From Bacteroidales bacterium (GTDB lineage: Bacteria > Bacteroidota > Bacteroidia > Bacteroidales > B18-G4), in the NCBI GenBank assembly GCA_036351275.1, contig JAZBOU010000178.1:1-57654 (forward strand): a stretch of 57,654 bases of DNA, read 5' to 3'. The notes under the pieces were generated by a model that worked only from the letters and a program-made list of their open reading frames with translations, was not told the origin of the DNA and ran no database searches. This document shows, in pieces, positions 34,085 to 42,739 of this stretch. Position 1 is the stretch's first letter, and each line of letters begins with the position of its first letter. A program made the translations under genes and the position numbers.

Positions 34085-36289
34085 ATGAATCCATATAAGG
34101 CATATGTAAATCCCTTCCTGGATAGTGTGACCAATAGCTATTCGCAGGTATTTTTTTCGAAAAGCAGGGTTTTTGCTTTTATCATTGTCATCGTAAGTTT
34201 TTTTGATTTTTATGCAGGCCTTGCAGGCCTGATCGCAGTCCTGATCTCGAATCTGGCGGCTTACGCCATTGGATTTAACAGGCATAATATCCGGAGTGGT
34301 TTCTATGGTTTCAACAGCCTGCTTGTTGCACTGGGCATTGGAATGTACTATGAATTTACAGGGTCCTTCCTGCTGGTACTGCTATTTGCATCGCTCTTTA
34401 CCCTTCTGGTCAGCGTGATGCTGGAGGGTGTGATCGGCAAATATGGTCTTCCGTACCTCAGCATTCCTTTCCTGCTGGGCATATGGATGGTACTCCTCGC
34501 TGCGCGCGAATACACGTCATTAGAAATCAGCGAGCGCGGTGTTTATTCCCTGAACGAAATATATGCACTCGGCGGGAAGTGGCTGGTTGATGCGCATGAA
34601 TGGCTGTACAGCCTTCCCTTGCCTGAAATCATCACAATATATTTCCGCTCGCTGGGTGCCATATTTTTCCAGTACCATCTGCTCCCCGGGATTTTGATCG
34701 CCCTTGGGGTGGTGATCTGGTCGCGACAGGCATTCCTCCTTTCACTGGTCGGATTTGTGTCGGCCTGGATATTTTATTTCATCATCGGTGCGGATATCAA
34801 CACCCTGAGCTACACCTATATTGGCTTTAACTTTATCCTGACATCCATTGCCATCGGAGGGTTTTTTATCATCCCCTCCAAATGGTCATACCTCTGGGTC
34901 ATCCTCCTCACCCCTCTTACAGCTTTCCTGATCACCAGCACGAGCAGCATGTTCCTTTCATCACAACTTTCAATATACTCCCTGCCCTTTAACCTGGTGG
35001 TACTTACTTTCCTGTACATCCTGAAATTCCGTGAAAAAAATACGGGCAAGCCTGAACCGGTAAGCATTCAGCACTTTTCCCCTGAACTGAACTTTTATAT
35101 AAAAGATACTTACCGCAAACGCTTTGATGAAAATGTTCTTGTTAACCTTTGCCTGCCCTTCTTCGGGGAGTGGACGGTGACCCAGGCTCATAACGGGGAG
35201 CATACGCATAAGAATGCATGGAAACATGCATGGGATTTTGAGATCAGCGATAAAGAGGGCTTTTTTCACTCCGGAGAAGGGTCCAGGACTGAGGACTACT
35301 ATTGCTTTAATAAGCCGGTGACGGCGCCTGCCGATGGCTGGGTGGAAGAGATCCTTGACGGTGTGGACGACAACATGCCCGGCGAAGTAAACCTGGAACA
35401 GAACTGGGGGAACACCATTGTGATCCGCCATCATGACAAACTGTTTTCCAAGCTCAGCCACCTGAAGAACGGCTCATTCAGGGTAGAAAAAGGCGATTAT
35501 GTTAAACGTGGAGATGTGCTGGCCCTTTGCGGCAACTCCGGCAGGTCGCCGAAACCTCACCTGCATTTCCAGCTACAATCCGATCCCTTCATCGGAACAC
35601 CTACGCTCGACTATCCCATTGCATTTTATATACAGGGTGGTGACAGCTACCGCCTGATGACCTATTCCCGGCCGGCAGAAAAGGACCGGGTCTCCAATAT
35701 TGAAAAGGACGAAAGCCTGAACAAAGCACTTCATTTCGTTCCCGGCAGAAAACTTACATTCAGCATATTGAGCAATGGGGAAAAGAAATCCTCCACAACC
35801 CTTACGGTCAAAGCTGATGCCTTCAACAACACCTATATCGAGGATGCCGAAAGCAAGTCGAAAGCATGGTTCATTTCAGAGGCCGGCATGACCTATTTTT
35901 TACATTTTGAAGGAAACAAAACTTCTTTCCTGTATTTACTCTTTCTCGGACTTTACAGAAATGTTGCAGGATTTTACAAGGGACTCGACATAAGGGATGA
36001 TTTTACGTTGAGCATTATCAGCAGCAAGAGCAGGATGATCCTGCAGGACTTCCTGGCCCCCTTCTATACCTATCTGCGTGCTGAATACCAGATGGAGTAT
36101 GTGAGCATGGACGACGAGATAAACGGAAACAGTATTGAACTGCATGCAATTGCCAGGGAACGTGCAGGAAAACACATCCGGAAACAGTATGAATTCCGGT
36201 TCAACATAGAAAACGGTAACCTGGCTAAAATATACATCAGTGCACCCGGCGCAAACATAGAAGCTACATGGGAAAAATCGGAATTCTGA
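34085..36289 (+). CDS. Urea-transporter-like polytopic membrane domain fused to M23 metallopeptidase domain plus C-terminal unknown domain
   Basis: 734 aa. N-terminal about 330 aa with about 10 TM helices and SYSQVFFS (UT-family-like). Central M23 signature HKNAWKHAWDF...GNSGRSPKPHLHFQL. About 220 aa uncharacterised C-terminus. Confidence 0.72.
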   Translation: MNPYKAYVNPFLDSVTNSYSQVFFSKSRVFAFIIVIVSFFDFYAGLAGLIAVLISNLAAYAIGFNRHNIRSGFYGFNSLLVALGIGMYYEFTGSFLLVLLFASLFTLLVSVMLEGVIGKYGLPYLSIPFLLGIWMVLLAAREYTSLEISERGVYSLNEIYALGGKWLVDAHEWLYSLPLPEIITIYFRSLGAIFFQYHLLPGILIALGVVIWSRQAFLLSLVGFVSAWIFYFIIGADINTLSYTYIGFNFILTSIAIGGFFIIPSKWSYLWVILLTPLTAFLITSTSSMFLSSQLSIYSLPFNLVVLTFLYILKFREKNTGKPEPVSIQHFSPELNFYIKDTYRKRFDENVLVNLCLPFFGEWTVTQAHNGEHTHKNAWKHAWDFEISDKEGFFHSGEGSRTEDYYCFNKPVTAPADGWVEEILDGVDDNMPGEVNLEQNWGNTIVIRHHDKLFSKLSHLKNGSFRVEKGDYVKRGDVLALCGNSGRSPKPHLHFQLQSDPFIGTPTLDYPIAFYIQGGDSYRLMTYSRPAEKDRVSNIEKDESLNKALHFVPGRKLTFSILSNGEKKSSTTLTVKADAFNNTYIEDAESKSKAWFISEAGMTYFLHFEGNKTSFLYLLFLGLYRNVAGFYKGLDIRDDFTLSIISSKSRMILQDFLAPFYTYLRAEYQMEYVSMDDEINGNSIELHAIARERAGKHIRKQYEFRFNIENGNLAKIYISAPGANIEATWEKSEF

Positions 36290-37731
36290 CCGTATTGTTA
36301 TATTGCTGCTCCGTAACCCTTTTCTCGCAGCAGGAATACGATTTCCGCCAGGTCGATTCCATAACATATAATGCCTATCTGACAGCGGATTGGGATAAGG
36401 TACTAAGCACCGGGAAAAAAGCTGTAAAAGGCGGTATCGATTATTACTATCTCCGTCAAAGAATGGGAATAGCCTATTTCAGTAAACAAAATTACAGGGC
36501 TGCCTCCAGGCAGTTCGAGGCCGCAGCAAAGCATGACCCGGGCAACGAGATCACCCAAAATTTACTCTATTACTCTTTGCTGAATTCCGGGCAGTTTCCG
36601 GAAGCTTTTTACACCACGGGGTCCCTGAATGAAAATATGAGGAAACTAAGCAATATTCCAAAACCGGGATTTGTCACATCACTGGATCTTGAAACCGGTC
36701 CGGAATTCAGCAACAACTTTGACGAAAATGCATTGGGGAAACTCCCTTCCGGGCAGGATCTGCAATACCAGGACCTGTATGGGAACAGCTACTATTCTAA
36801 CCTGGGGATCGCTTTTCAACTATTGCCGCGGGTAAGCTTATATGCTGCCTACTCAAACGTCATCATCGAAAAGAAGACCATGATGCAATATGCCTTGAAT
36901 CGTCCCGATTCCATTGTTGAGCAAGAATGGGGATTCTCAAAATACTTCCCGGCAAGACCAAAGATAGAAAGCAGTGAATACCAGTACCGCCTGTGCCAGA
37001 ACAGCGCCTATTTACGATCAAACATTTACCTGGGCAACGGATGGTCGATTGTACCTTCCGCACATTATACTCAATTTAACACAAAAAAAGTTGTCGTTCA
37101 AGATCATTCGAAGATCGTACAGGATACAGCCTATTACATTGCTTCGATCGACTCTGTTTCATATTTCCAGTATTACGATGTCGATCTCCAACTGGCAGCT
37201 GAAGATTTCAGCGATGACCTCTTTGTGATATTCCTGGGGTTCAGCAAAAGGGTATTGTATTTTGACCTTGGCGTGTTTGGATCATGGTCAAATTTGTATG
37301 GCAGATCGCAATATCAATACGGGATCAACCTTGGCTATTATCCCCTGGGAAACCTCCGGTTTTATGGAAATACAAATATAAAAGGCTTTACAGAAGAAAA
37401 CGATACCCGTTTCATTTTCAGCCAGTTGGTCGCAGGGAGACTCACAGGGTTCTTATGGGCTGAAGCGTTTGGAACATTCGGGAACCTGAAGGGGACAAAC
37501 GAATCGGATGCATTCCTCGTTTATAATATTACAGATGACATTGACCTGAAAACCGGGCTGAACCTTATCTTTGTGCTAAGCCCGGCTGTTAAGCTTTCGC
37601 TGACATACCAGTACCTGCAAAAAACCGGTTTCCGGTATACATACGGGCCGGGAAACAAAACGGGTGAAAAAATACAGGAAGTTGAATATATTAACCAGAG
37701 TATCATAGGAGGATTAAAATGGACTTTTTAA
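36268..37731 (+). CDS. Putative outer-membrane protein: N-terminal TPR-like region plus beta-barrel
   Basis: 487 aa, signal peptide MGKIGILTVLLYCCSVTLFSQQ. TPR-like helices in the first about 110 aa, then amphipathic beta-strands, with a terminal ...GGLKWTF (C-terminal Phe). Overlaps the upstream gene by 22 nt. Confidence 0.5.
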   Translation: MGKIGILTVLLYCCSVTLFSQQEYDFRQVDSITYNAYLTADWDKVLSTGKKAVKGGIDYYYLRQRMGIAYFSKQNYRAASRQFEAAAKHDPGNEITQNLLYYSLLNSGQFPEAFYTTGSLNENMRKLSNIPKPGFVTSLDLETGPEFSNNFDENALGKLPSGQDLQYQDLYGNSYYSNLGIAFQLLPRVSLYAAYSNVIIEKKTMMQYALNRPDSIVEQEWGFSKYFPARPKIESSEYQYRLCQNSAYLRSNIYLGNGWSIVPSAHYTQFNTKKVVVQDHSKIVQDTAYYIASIDSVSYFQYYDVDLQLAAEDFSDDLFVIFLGFSKRVLYFDLGVFGSWSNLYGRSQYQYGINLGYYPLGNLRFYGNTNIKGFTEENDTRFIFSQLVAGRLTGFLWAEAFGTFGNLKGTNESDAFLVYNITDDIDLKTGLNLIFVLSPAVKLSLTYQYLQKTGFRYTYGPGNKTGEKIQEVEYINQSIIGGLKWTF

Positions 37732-38339
37732 AAAAAATCGCTCTTTTCGGCATGGTGTTGACCATAGGTGCCATGTTACATGCCCAGGAGCCTGAAGCGA
37801 TTATCCGGGCTTTTAAGGATAGCTATATACATGAAGCTGATTCGAATTATACCTTAGCAATACAGGATTTAAAAAATATTTATGATCCGGCATCCTATCA
37901 TATCAATGCACGCCTGGGCTACCTTTCTTACCTTGCTGGTCTGCTGCCTGAATCGGTAGCATATTACCAGAAAGCCATAGTATTGAGGCCATACGCCATA
38001 GAAGCCCGGTTCGGTCTTACCTACCCTGCCTCCACTATGGGCAACTGGGCACAGGTCAAGGATCAGTACATCAAAATACTGGAAGTGGACCCGCAAAACA
38101 CAAAGGCGCATTATTACATTGGTCTCATGGAGTATAATGCTGCAAATTATGACCTTGCGGCCATGCATTTTGAAAAGGTTGTGAACCTCTACCCCTTTGA
38201 TTCAGAAACCTTATTAATGTATGCCTGGACCAATTACCGGATGGGAAAGACCAGGGAAGCCAGCGTATTGTTTAATGAAGTTTTGCTGATCGCTCCTTAT
38301 AACGAGTCGGCATTGGAGGGACTGGAATTGATAAAATGA
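37719..38339 (+). CDS. TPR-repeat protein (secreted)
   Basis: 206 aa with a signal peptide and 4-5 TPR units (AYYQKAIVLRPY..., YIKILEVDPQNTKAHYYIG...). Overlaps the upstream gene by 13 nt. Confidence 0.7.
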   Translation: MDFLKKIALFGMVLTIGAMLHAQEPEAIIRAFKDSYIHEADSNYTLAIQDLKNIYDPASYHINARLGYLSYLAGLLPESVAYYQKAIVLRPYAIEARFGLTYPASTMGNWAQVKDQYIKILEVDPQNTKAHYYIGLMEYNAANYDLAAMHFEKVVNLYPFDSETLLMYAWTNYRMGKTREASVLFNEVLLIAPYNESALEGLELIK

Positions 38340-38668
38340 AAGAGCAAGACGAAAAGATTATTTTAAATGAGCTCATCCATAAAGATCTGCAGTTAAACGA
38401 TGATGAGGCGCTCATCAGAGATGAGCATATTGATCTGAGCACCTTGCATGAGAAACTTTCACTCCTGGTGGCTTATCTGCTCGAGAACGATATGCATCGT
38501 TTGCTCAATGCCATGTATCGTCTTGATGTGAGCGAGATCAAATTCCATGAGGCCATGAATAGCGCCACTAAGCAGGAGGCCGCCATCCGTATCGCCGACC
38601 TGATCATCGAAAGGGAAATGCAAAAAGTTAAAACACGCCTTCATTACCGGAAGCACCGGAAATTTTAA
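38336..38668 (+). CDS. Hypothetical small helical protein
   Basis: 110 aa. ATGA start/stop overlap with the TPR gene. No recognisable motif. Confidence 0.45.
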   Translation: MKEQDEKIILNELIHKDLQLNDDEALIRDEHIDLSTLHEKLSLLVAYLLENDMHRLLNAMYRLDVSEIKFHEAMNSATKQEAAIRIADLIIEREMQKVKTRLHYRKHRKF

Positions 38669-38697
38669 ATATCTTAGCATATAAATATGATTGGGGT

Positions 38698-39519
38698 ATG
38701 GGCGATTTTAGCTGGAGCGAGATCTTATTTGCCTTCGGGCTAACCATGTTTGCTGGACTGTCAACCGGAATTGGCAGCCTCCTGGCCTTTTTCACGAAAC
38801 GCACAAATACCAGGTTTCTCTCCCTGGCCCTGGGGTTTTCGGCCGGGGTGATGATCTATGTTTCTTTTATCGAGATCTTCCCAAAAGCGCTGGAGGAACT
38901 ATCCGCATTCAGCGGTGAAAGGAATGGATACTGGCTTACCACAGCAGCTTTTTTTGCAGGGATATTGCTTATTGCCGTGATCGATAAGCTTATACCCTCC
39001 TTCGAGAACCCTCATGAGATCAAGATGGTGGAAGATGTGAGCAAGGACAAGCTTGAATCCGGTAAAACCAAATTAATGCGCATGGGGCTTTTTACGGCCC
39101 TGGCCATTGCTATCCATAATTTCCCGGAAGGACTGGCAACCTTCATTGCTGCCCTGGAAGACCCGGGTCTTGGTATTGCGATTGCCGTAGCCATCGCCAT
39201 TCACAATATCCCGGAGGGCATTGCCGTATCCGTACCTATTTATTATGCAACCGGCAATAAACGGAAAGCATTCTGGTATTCCTTTTCATCAGGGCTGGCA
39301 GAACCGGTTGGGGCAACGATCGGATTTCTGATCCTGATGCCTTTTCTGAGTCCGCTGATGTTCGGACTGATCTTTTCCGGTGTAGCAGGCATCATGGTGT
39401 TCATCTCTATTGATGAATTGCTCCCGGCCGCGCAGGAATTCGGAGAACATCACCTTTCCATATATGGCCTTATTGCGGGAATGATTGTGATGGCGCTCAG
39501 TTTATTAATGTTTGCTTAA
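38698..39519 (+). CDS. zupT: ZIP-family zinc transporter ZupT
   Basis: 273 aa. Duplicated [12 protein letters not shown] / [13 protein letters not shown] metal-site helices and ZupT-like length. Confidence 0.9.
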   Translation: MGDFSWSEILFAFGLTMFAGLSTGIGSLLAFFTKRTNTRFLSLALGFSAGVMIYVSFIEIFPKALEELSAFSGERNGYWLTTAAFFAGILLIAVIDKLIPSFENPHEIKMVEDVSKDKLESGKTKLMRMGLFTALAIAIHNFPEGLATFIAALEDPGLGIAIAVAIAIHNIPEGIAVSVPIYYATGNKRKAFWYSFSSGLAEPVGATIGFLILMPFLSPLMFGLIFSGVAGIMVFISIDELLPAAQEFGEHHLSIYGLIAGMIVMALSLLMFA

Positions 39520-39529
39520 TACATGAATT

Positions 39530-40312
39530 ATGAATAGAATACTTGTTTTTTCAATCCTGATATTACTTGGCTTTACATTACTGGCGCAAAACGATTACCC
39601 ACCCATAGTGACCGATCGTCCCAACCAAACCGAGTCAGCAATAACGGTTCCCCACAAAACCCTGCAGATTGAGAGTGGGTTCCACTTTAGCTGGCGCGAC
39701 AAGGAGGGAGTGGAAACCAGGGAGTTAGGATTTAACAGTGCGCTTCTCCGCTGGGGAGTGCTTAAACGGCTTGAAATAAGGTTGGGTGCTGCTTATGCCG
39801 GTTTTGAACAAACCGATGCATTTACAGAAGAAAAAACTACATTGAACGGATTGGCACCGGTATCTGTCGGATTCAAGTGGAATATGCTGGAGGGAGATGG
39901 ACCGATCCCTACACTTGCCTTTCTAACTGCAATTGACATTCCTGCCCTGGCATCTGATGATTTCAATGATGGAAATGTTCTCCAGAAAATTTTGCTGTCG
40001 GGTTCATGGGTTTTAAGCAATACATTCAGCCTTGGCATGAATTTCGGGACCATTGCCGACTGGAAACAGTCTGATTTCACCACGCTTTACTCGGTTTCTC
40101 TGGGGGTGAGCCTTGCGAAATGGCTTGGAGCATTCGTTGAGTATTACGGTTTTGCCCCTGCCGGGGAATACAGCGATCAGCGAATCAACGGTGGTTTTAC
40201 CTTCCCGGTACGCAACAATTTACAGCTTGATATCTACGGAGGAACAGGAGTTTCAATAAATTCACCGAATGCATTCGCTGGCCTCGGCTTTGCCTGGCGC
40301 ATCCCAGGATAA
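39530..40312 (+). CDS. Outer-membrane beta-barrel 'transporter' family protein (MetA-pathway/Phenol_MetA_deg-like)
   Basis: 260 aa with a signal peptide. N-terminal VTDRPNQTESAITVP...LQIESGF is typical of that family. Beta-strand periodicity throughout. Confidence 0.6.
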   Translation: MNRILVFSILILLGFTLLAQNDYPPIVTDRPNQTESAITVPHKTLQIESGFHFSWRDKEGVETRELGFNSALLRWGVLKRLEIRLGAAYAGFEQTDAFTEEKTTLNGLAPVSVGFKWNMLEGDGPIPTLAFLTAIDIPALASDDFNDGNVLQKILLSGSWVLSNTFSLGMNFGTIADWKQSDFTTLYSVSLGVSLAKWLGAFVEYYGFAPAGEYSDQRINGGFTFPVRNNLQLDIYGGTGVSINSPNAFAGLGFAWRIPG

Positions 40313-40345
40313 TGTTGGAGGTTGGGTGTTGGAGGTTGGATTAAT
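40313..40345. repeat. Left GT-rich inverted-repeat arm (tgttggaggttgggtgttggaggttggattaat)
   Basis: Its reverse complement matches 40930-40962 at about 27/29 positions. The same arm recurs at 53416-53441 and 56751-56786. Confidence 0.7.
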
Positions 40346-40430
40346 GTAGAAGTGTGAACTATTAAACTGGTAACTTAGAATTAATCCATATTGATATTCC
40401 TTGCGATATATCACAACTAAATTATGAGCT

Positions 40431-40784
40431 TCAGACAAATAAGTTTTTCTGAGTCGTTTTCACAATTGCAGTTGTGATGTTTACTATACTTTTGATTTCC
40501 CTGATATAGTCCTCCAGGTCAAAGTCATCTAAGCTTCCTTGATCCAAGACTTTCAGCCAATACTGCGTTTCCCGCGCTTCTTTTGATGCAATCGACATTT
40601 TATGAGCAAAGTCTTTGCGGCTGAATGCAGCTGACGCCTCATGCACGTTTGCCCCAATGCTCGTAGCGCTTCTCAGCAGTTGCTTGGAAATGATAAACTC
40701 TTTTGCCTTTCTTAATTTAATGTAAAGAGAAATAACACTTAGAGAAAAATTAAAGCTCTTCTCCAAAATATCAGTCTGTTTCAT
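40431..40784 (-). CDS. Four-helix-bundle protein (23S rRNA intervening-sequence protein family)
   Basis: 117 aa. SIGANVHEASAAFSRKDFAHKMSIASKEARETQYWL is the signature of the TIGR02436/PF05635 family. Confidence 0.85.
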   Translation of the reverse strand: MKQTDILEKSFNFSLSVISLYIKLRKAKEFIISKQLLRSATSIGANVHEASAAFSRKDFAHKMSIASKEARETQYWLKVLDQGSLDDFDLEDYIREIKSIVNITTAIVKTTQKNLFV

Positions 40785-40929
40785 ACCAGATGTCTTTTAC
40801 TATTAATACCCATATTCACAAAATGTCACACTTCTCCTGGAACTTTTTTGCAGATTATTACATAAAAATCTAAAAGATGGGGTTGTGTGATACGTTCATG
40901 ATTCTGATTTCACATTTCGTAGTTCAGAT

Positions 40930-40962
40930 TTAATCCAACCTCTAACACCCAACATCCAAAAT
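40930..40962. repeat. Right AC-rich inverted-repeat arm (ttaatccaacctctaacacccaacatccaaaat)
   Basis: Reverse complement of the left arm at 40313-40345. Together they bracket a 584-bp segment holding the four-helix-bundle gene. Confidence 0.7.
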
Positions 40963-40982
40963 CATAGTGTAAAGTGAATTCA

Positions 40983-40990
40983 TATCTTTG
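40983..40990 (+). promoter_or_regulatory. Bacteroidota -7 box TATCTTTG
   Basis: Matches TAnnTTTG. It lies inside the track ORF start (40974) and 8 nt before the ATG at 40998, which argues for the later start. Confidence 0.4.
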
Positions 40991-40997
40991 TATTGAA

Positions 40998-42095
40998 ATG
41001 ACCCGGAAAAAAGATAAATCCGCCCTGAATGTCCAGAAGGGTATCGAGCAGCCTCCGCAGGTAAGCAAGGATGCCGCCGAACGTTTCAGCAACATCAAGG
41101 CGGACATGATCGAAGTTGATGAATATGTCCGGGGGATCATGAACGGGAAACGGAACCTGCTCAGCAAGGCCATCACCCTGGTAGAAAGCACCCTTCCGAA
41201 ACACCAGGCGTTAGCGCAGGAGATCATCACGGGATGCCTTCCTCACTCCGGCAATTCAATACGCGTTGGCATCACCGGGGTTCCGGGTGTTGGAAAAAGT
41301 ACTTTTATTGAATCACTCGGTACGCATCTTACGACTACAGGTCATAAAGTTGCGGTACTGGCCATCGACCCCAGCAGCATACGAAGCAAAGGCAGCATTC
41401 TTGGCGATAAAACGCGCATGGAAGAACTGGCCAATGATCCCAATGCATTTATCCGCCCTTCAGCCTCCGCAGGATCGCTGGGTGGGGTAGCACAAAAAAC
41501 AAGGGAAGCCATCATACTATGTGAGGCAGCGGGATTTGACTGCATCTTTGTTGAAACTGTCGGCGTAGGCCAGTCGGAAACCGCAGTGCACTCCATGGTC
41601 GATTTTTTTCTATTGCTTATGCTGGCCGGGGCAGGTGATGAACTGCAGGGGATCAAAAGGGGTATCATGGAAATGGCCGATGCCATCGTGATCAACAAGG
41701 CCGATGGCACGAACAGGGAAAAAGCAGAACTGGCCCGGAGGGAGTATAAAAACGCCCTTCACCTTTTCCCGGCGACAGCTTCGGGATGGGAAGTGCCTGT
41801 TGAGACCTGCTCAGCAATAGAAAAAACCGGCATCAGCGATGTATGGGCTATCATTGAACAATACCGAAACAGCATGACCGGCGACAGTGATTACTTCTGG
41901 CACAAAAGAAGCGAGCAAATGGTGCAGGCCATGTACGATAGTATCAACCGGAAGCTGGGAAGCGAATTTTACAATAATGAGCAGGTTAAATCTGCCATTA
42001 AGGAAATCGAAAAGAAGGTGCTGGCAGGAAATATAAGTGCTTACCAGGGAGCAGGATTGCTGTTGGAGTTGTTCAAGACAAGCCGGGAGGAATAA
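40998..42095 (+). CDS. meaB: Methylmalonyl-CoA mutase-associated G3E GTPase MeaB/ArgK
   Basis: 365 aa from the ATG at 40998. LLSKAITLVES, P-loop GITGVPGVGKST, VETVGVGQSE and INKADG motifs. Confidence 0.85.
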   Translation: MTRKKDKSALNVQKGIEQPPQVSKDAAERFSNIKADMIEVDEYVRGIMNGKRNLLSKAITLVESTLPKHQALAQEIITGCLPHSGNSIRVGITGVPGVGKSTFIESLGTHLTTTGHKVAVLAIDPSSIRSKGSILGDKTRMEELANDPNAFIRPSASAGSLGGVAQKTREAIILCEAAGFDCIFVETVGVGQSETAVHSMVDFFLLLMLAGAGDELQGIKRGIMEMADAIVINKADGTNREKAELARREYKNALHLFPATASGWEVPVETCSAIEKTGISDVWAIIEQYRNSMTGDSDYFWHKRSEQMVQAMYDSINRKLGSEFYNNEQVKSAIKEIEKKVLAGNISAYQGAGLLLELFKTSREE

Positions 42096-42134
42096 CGAAT
42101 AACGAATAACGAATAACGAAAAACGAAAATCGAA
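42093..42134. repeat. Tandem heptamer repeat (TAACGAA x4, AAACGAA, AATCGAA)
   Basis: Six head-to-tail 7-mers, starting at the meaB stop codon. Confidence 0.9.
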
Positions 42135-42205
42135 ATACCCGGAACCCTGAACCCCGTAACTGGACCCCGATTTATTTAGAACAATTCCATTTAATTCTTG
42201 TTTTG

Positions 42206-42213
42206 TATATTTG
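42206..42213 (+). promoter_or_regulatory. Bacteroidota -7 box TATATTTG
   Basis: Matches TAnnTTTG, 17 nt upstream of the ATG at 42230. Confidence 0.45.
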
Positions 42214-42229
42214 TATCACAAATTAATTA

Positions 42230-42739
42230 ATGACCATGTCAAAGATTGGAATATTTTACGGTTCTTCTACCGGCAATACCGAAGTTGTAGCAGAGAAGAT
42301 CAAAGCACTTTTTGATGATGAGGCTGACCTTTACAATATTGATTCCGTCAGCAAAGAAGAAATCGAGGGTTACGATTACCTCATTTTCGGCACCAGTACC
42401 TGGGGCATAGGGGACATGCAGGACGACTGGGAAGATATCATCGAAATACTCGATGAAGTGGACTTTAACAAGAAAAAGGTAGCACTTTTTGGCCTGGGCG
42501 ACCAGGTAAATTATGCCGACAGTTTTGTAGACGGTATGGGAGCGATCTATGATGCCATTTACGATCGCGTAGATATCGTGGGGTCATGGCCCCTCGACGG
42601 CTACGTATTCAGAGAATCTGCTGCTCAGAAGAACGGCAAGTTCATCGGCCTGGCCATTGATAAAGAAAACCAGTCAGGTCTTACTGACGAACGCCTTGAA
42701 GCCTGGGTTGAACAGCTGAAAAAGGAATTTGGCCTTTAA
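42230..42739 (+). CDS. fldA: Long-chain flavodoxin
   Basis: 169 aa. KIGIFYGSSTGNTE FMN-phosphate loop and TWGIGDMQDDW. An alternative ATG lies at 42236. Confidence 0.9.
   Translation: MTMSKIGIFYGSSTGNTEVVAEKIKALFDDEADLYNIDSVSKEEIEGYDYLIFGTSTWGIGDMQDDWEDIIEILDEVDFNKKKVALFGLGDQVNYADSFVDGMGAIYDAIYDRVDIVGSWPLDGYVFRESAAQKNGKFIGLAIDKENQSGLTDERLEAWVEQLKKEFGL

Noticed and set aside
33663-34103. Other antisense or out-of-frame ORFs of 60-190 aa. Examples: 38-310, 1745-2188, 6134-6610, 10689-11060, 11143-11538, 26403-26861, 33663-34103, 34970-35461, 35936-36367, 53963-54523, 55695-56153.
   Set aside because: Each is nested in or heavily overlaps a longer ORF with family-level motifs. None shows motifs of its own, so I treat them as frame shadows.
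40974-40997. The upstream start at 40974 for meaB given by the ORF track.
   Set aside because: A TATCTTTG -7 box (40983-40990) lies inside this extension, so transcription probably starts after it. I used the ATG at 40998.
38698-42095. The idea that the MeaB-like G3E GTPase is a zinc metallochaperone functionally linked to ZupT.
   Set aside because: The motifs (LLSKAITLVES, GITGVPGVGKST, INKADG) are those of the MeaB/ArgK subfamily. It lacks the CxCC metal motif of COG0523 Zn chaperones, and it is separated from zupT by the IR-flanked cassette and its own -7 box.
42093-42134. Tandem 7-mers considered as a possible CRISPR-like or minisatellite array.
   Set aside because: The repeat unit is only 7 nt with no spacers, so this is not CRISPR. 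I kept it as a simple tandem repeat.
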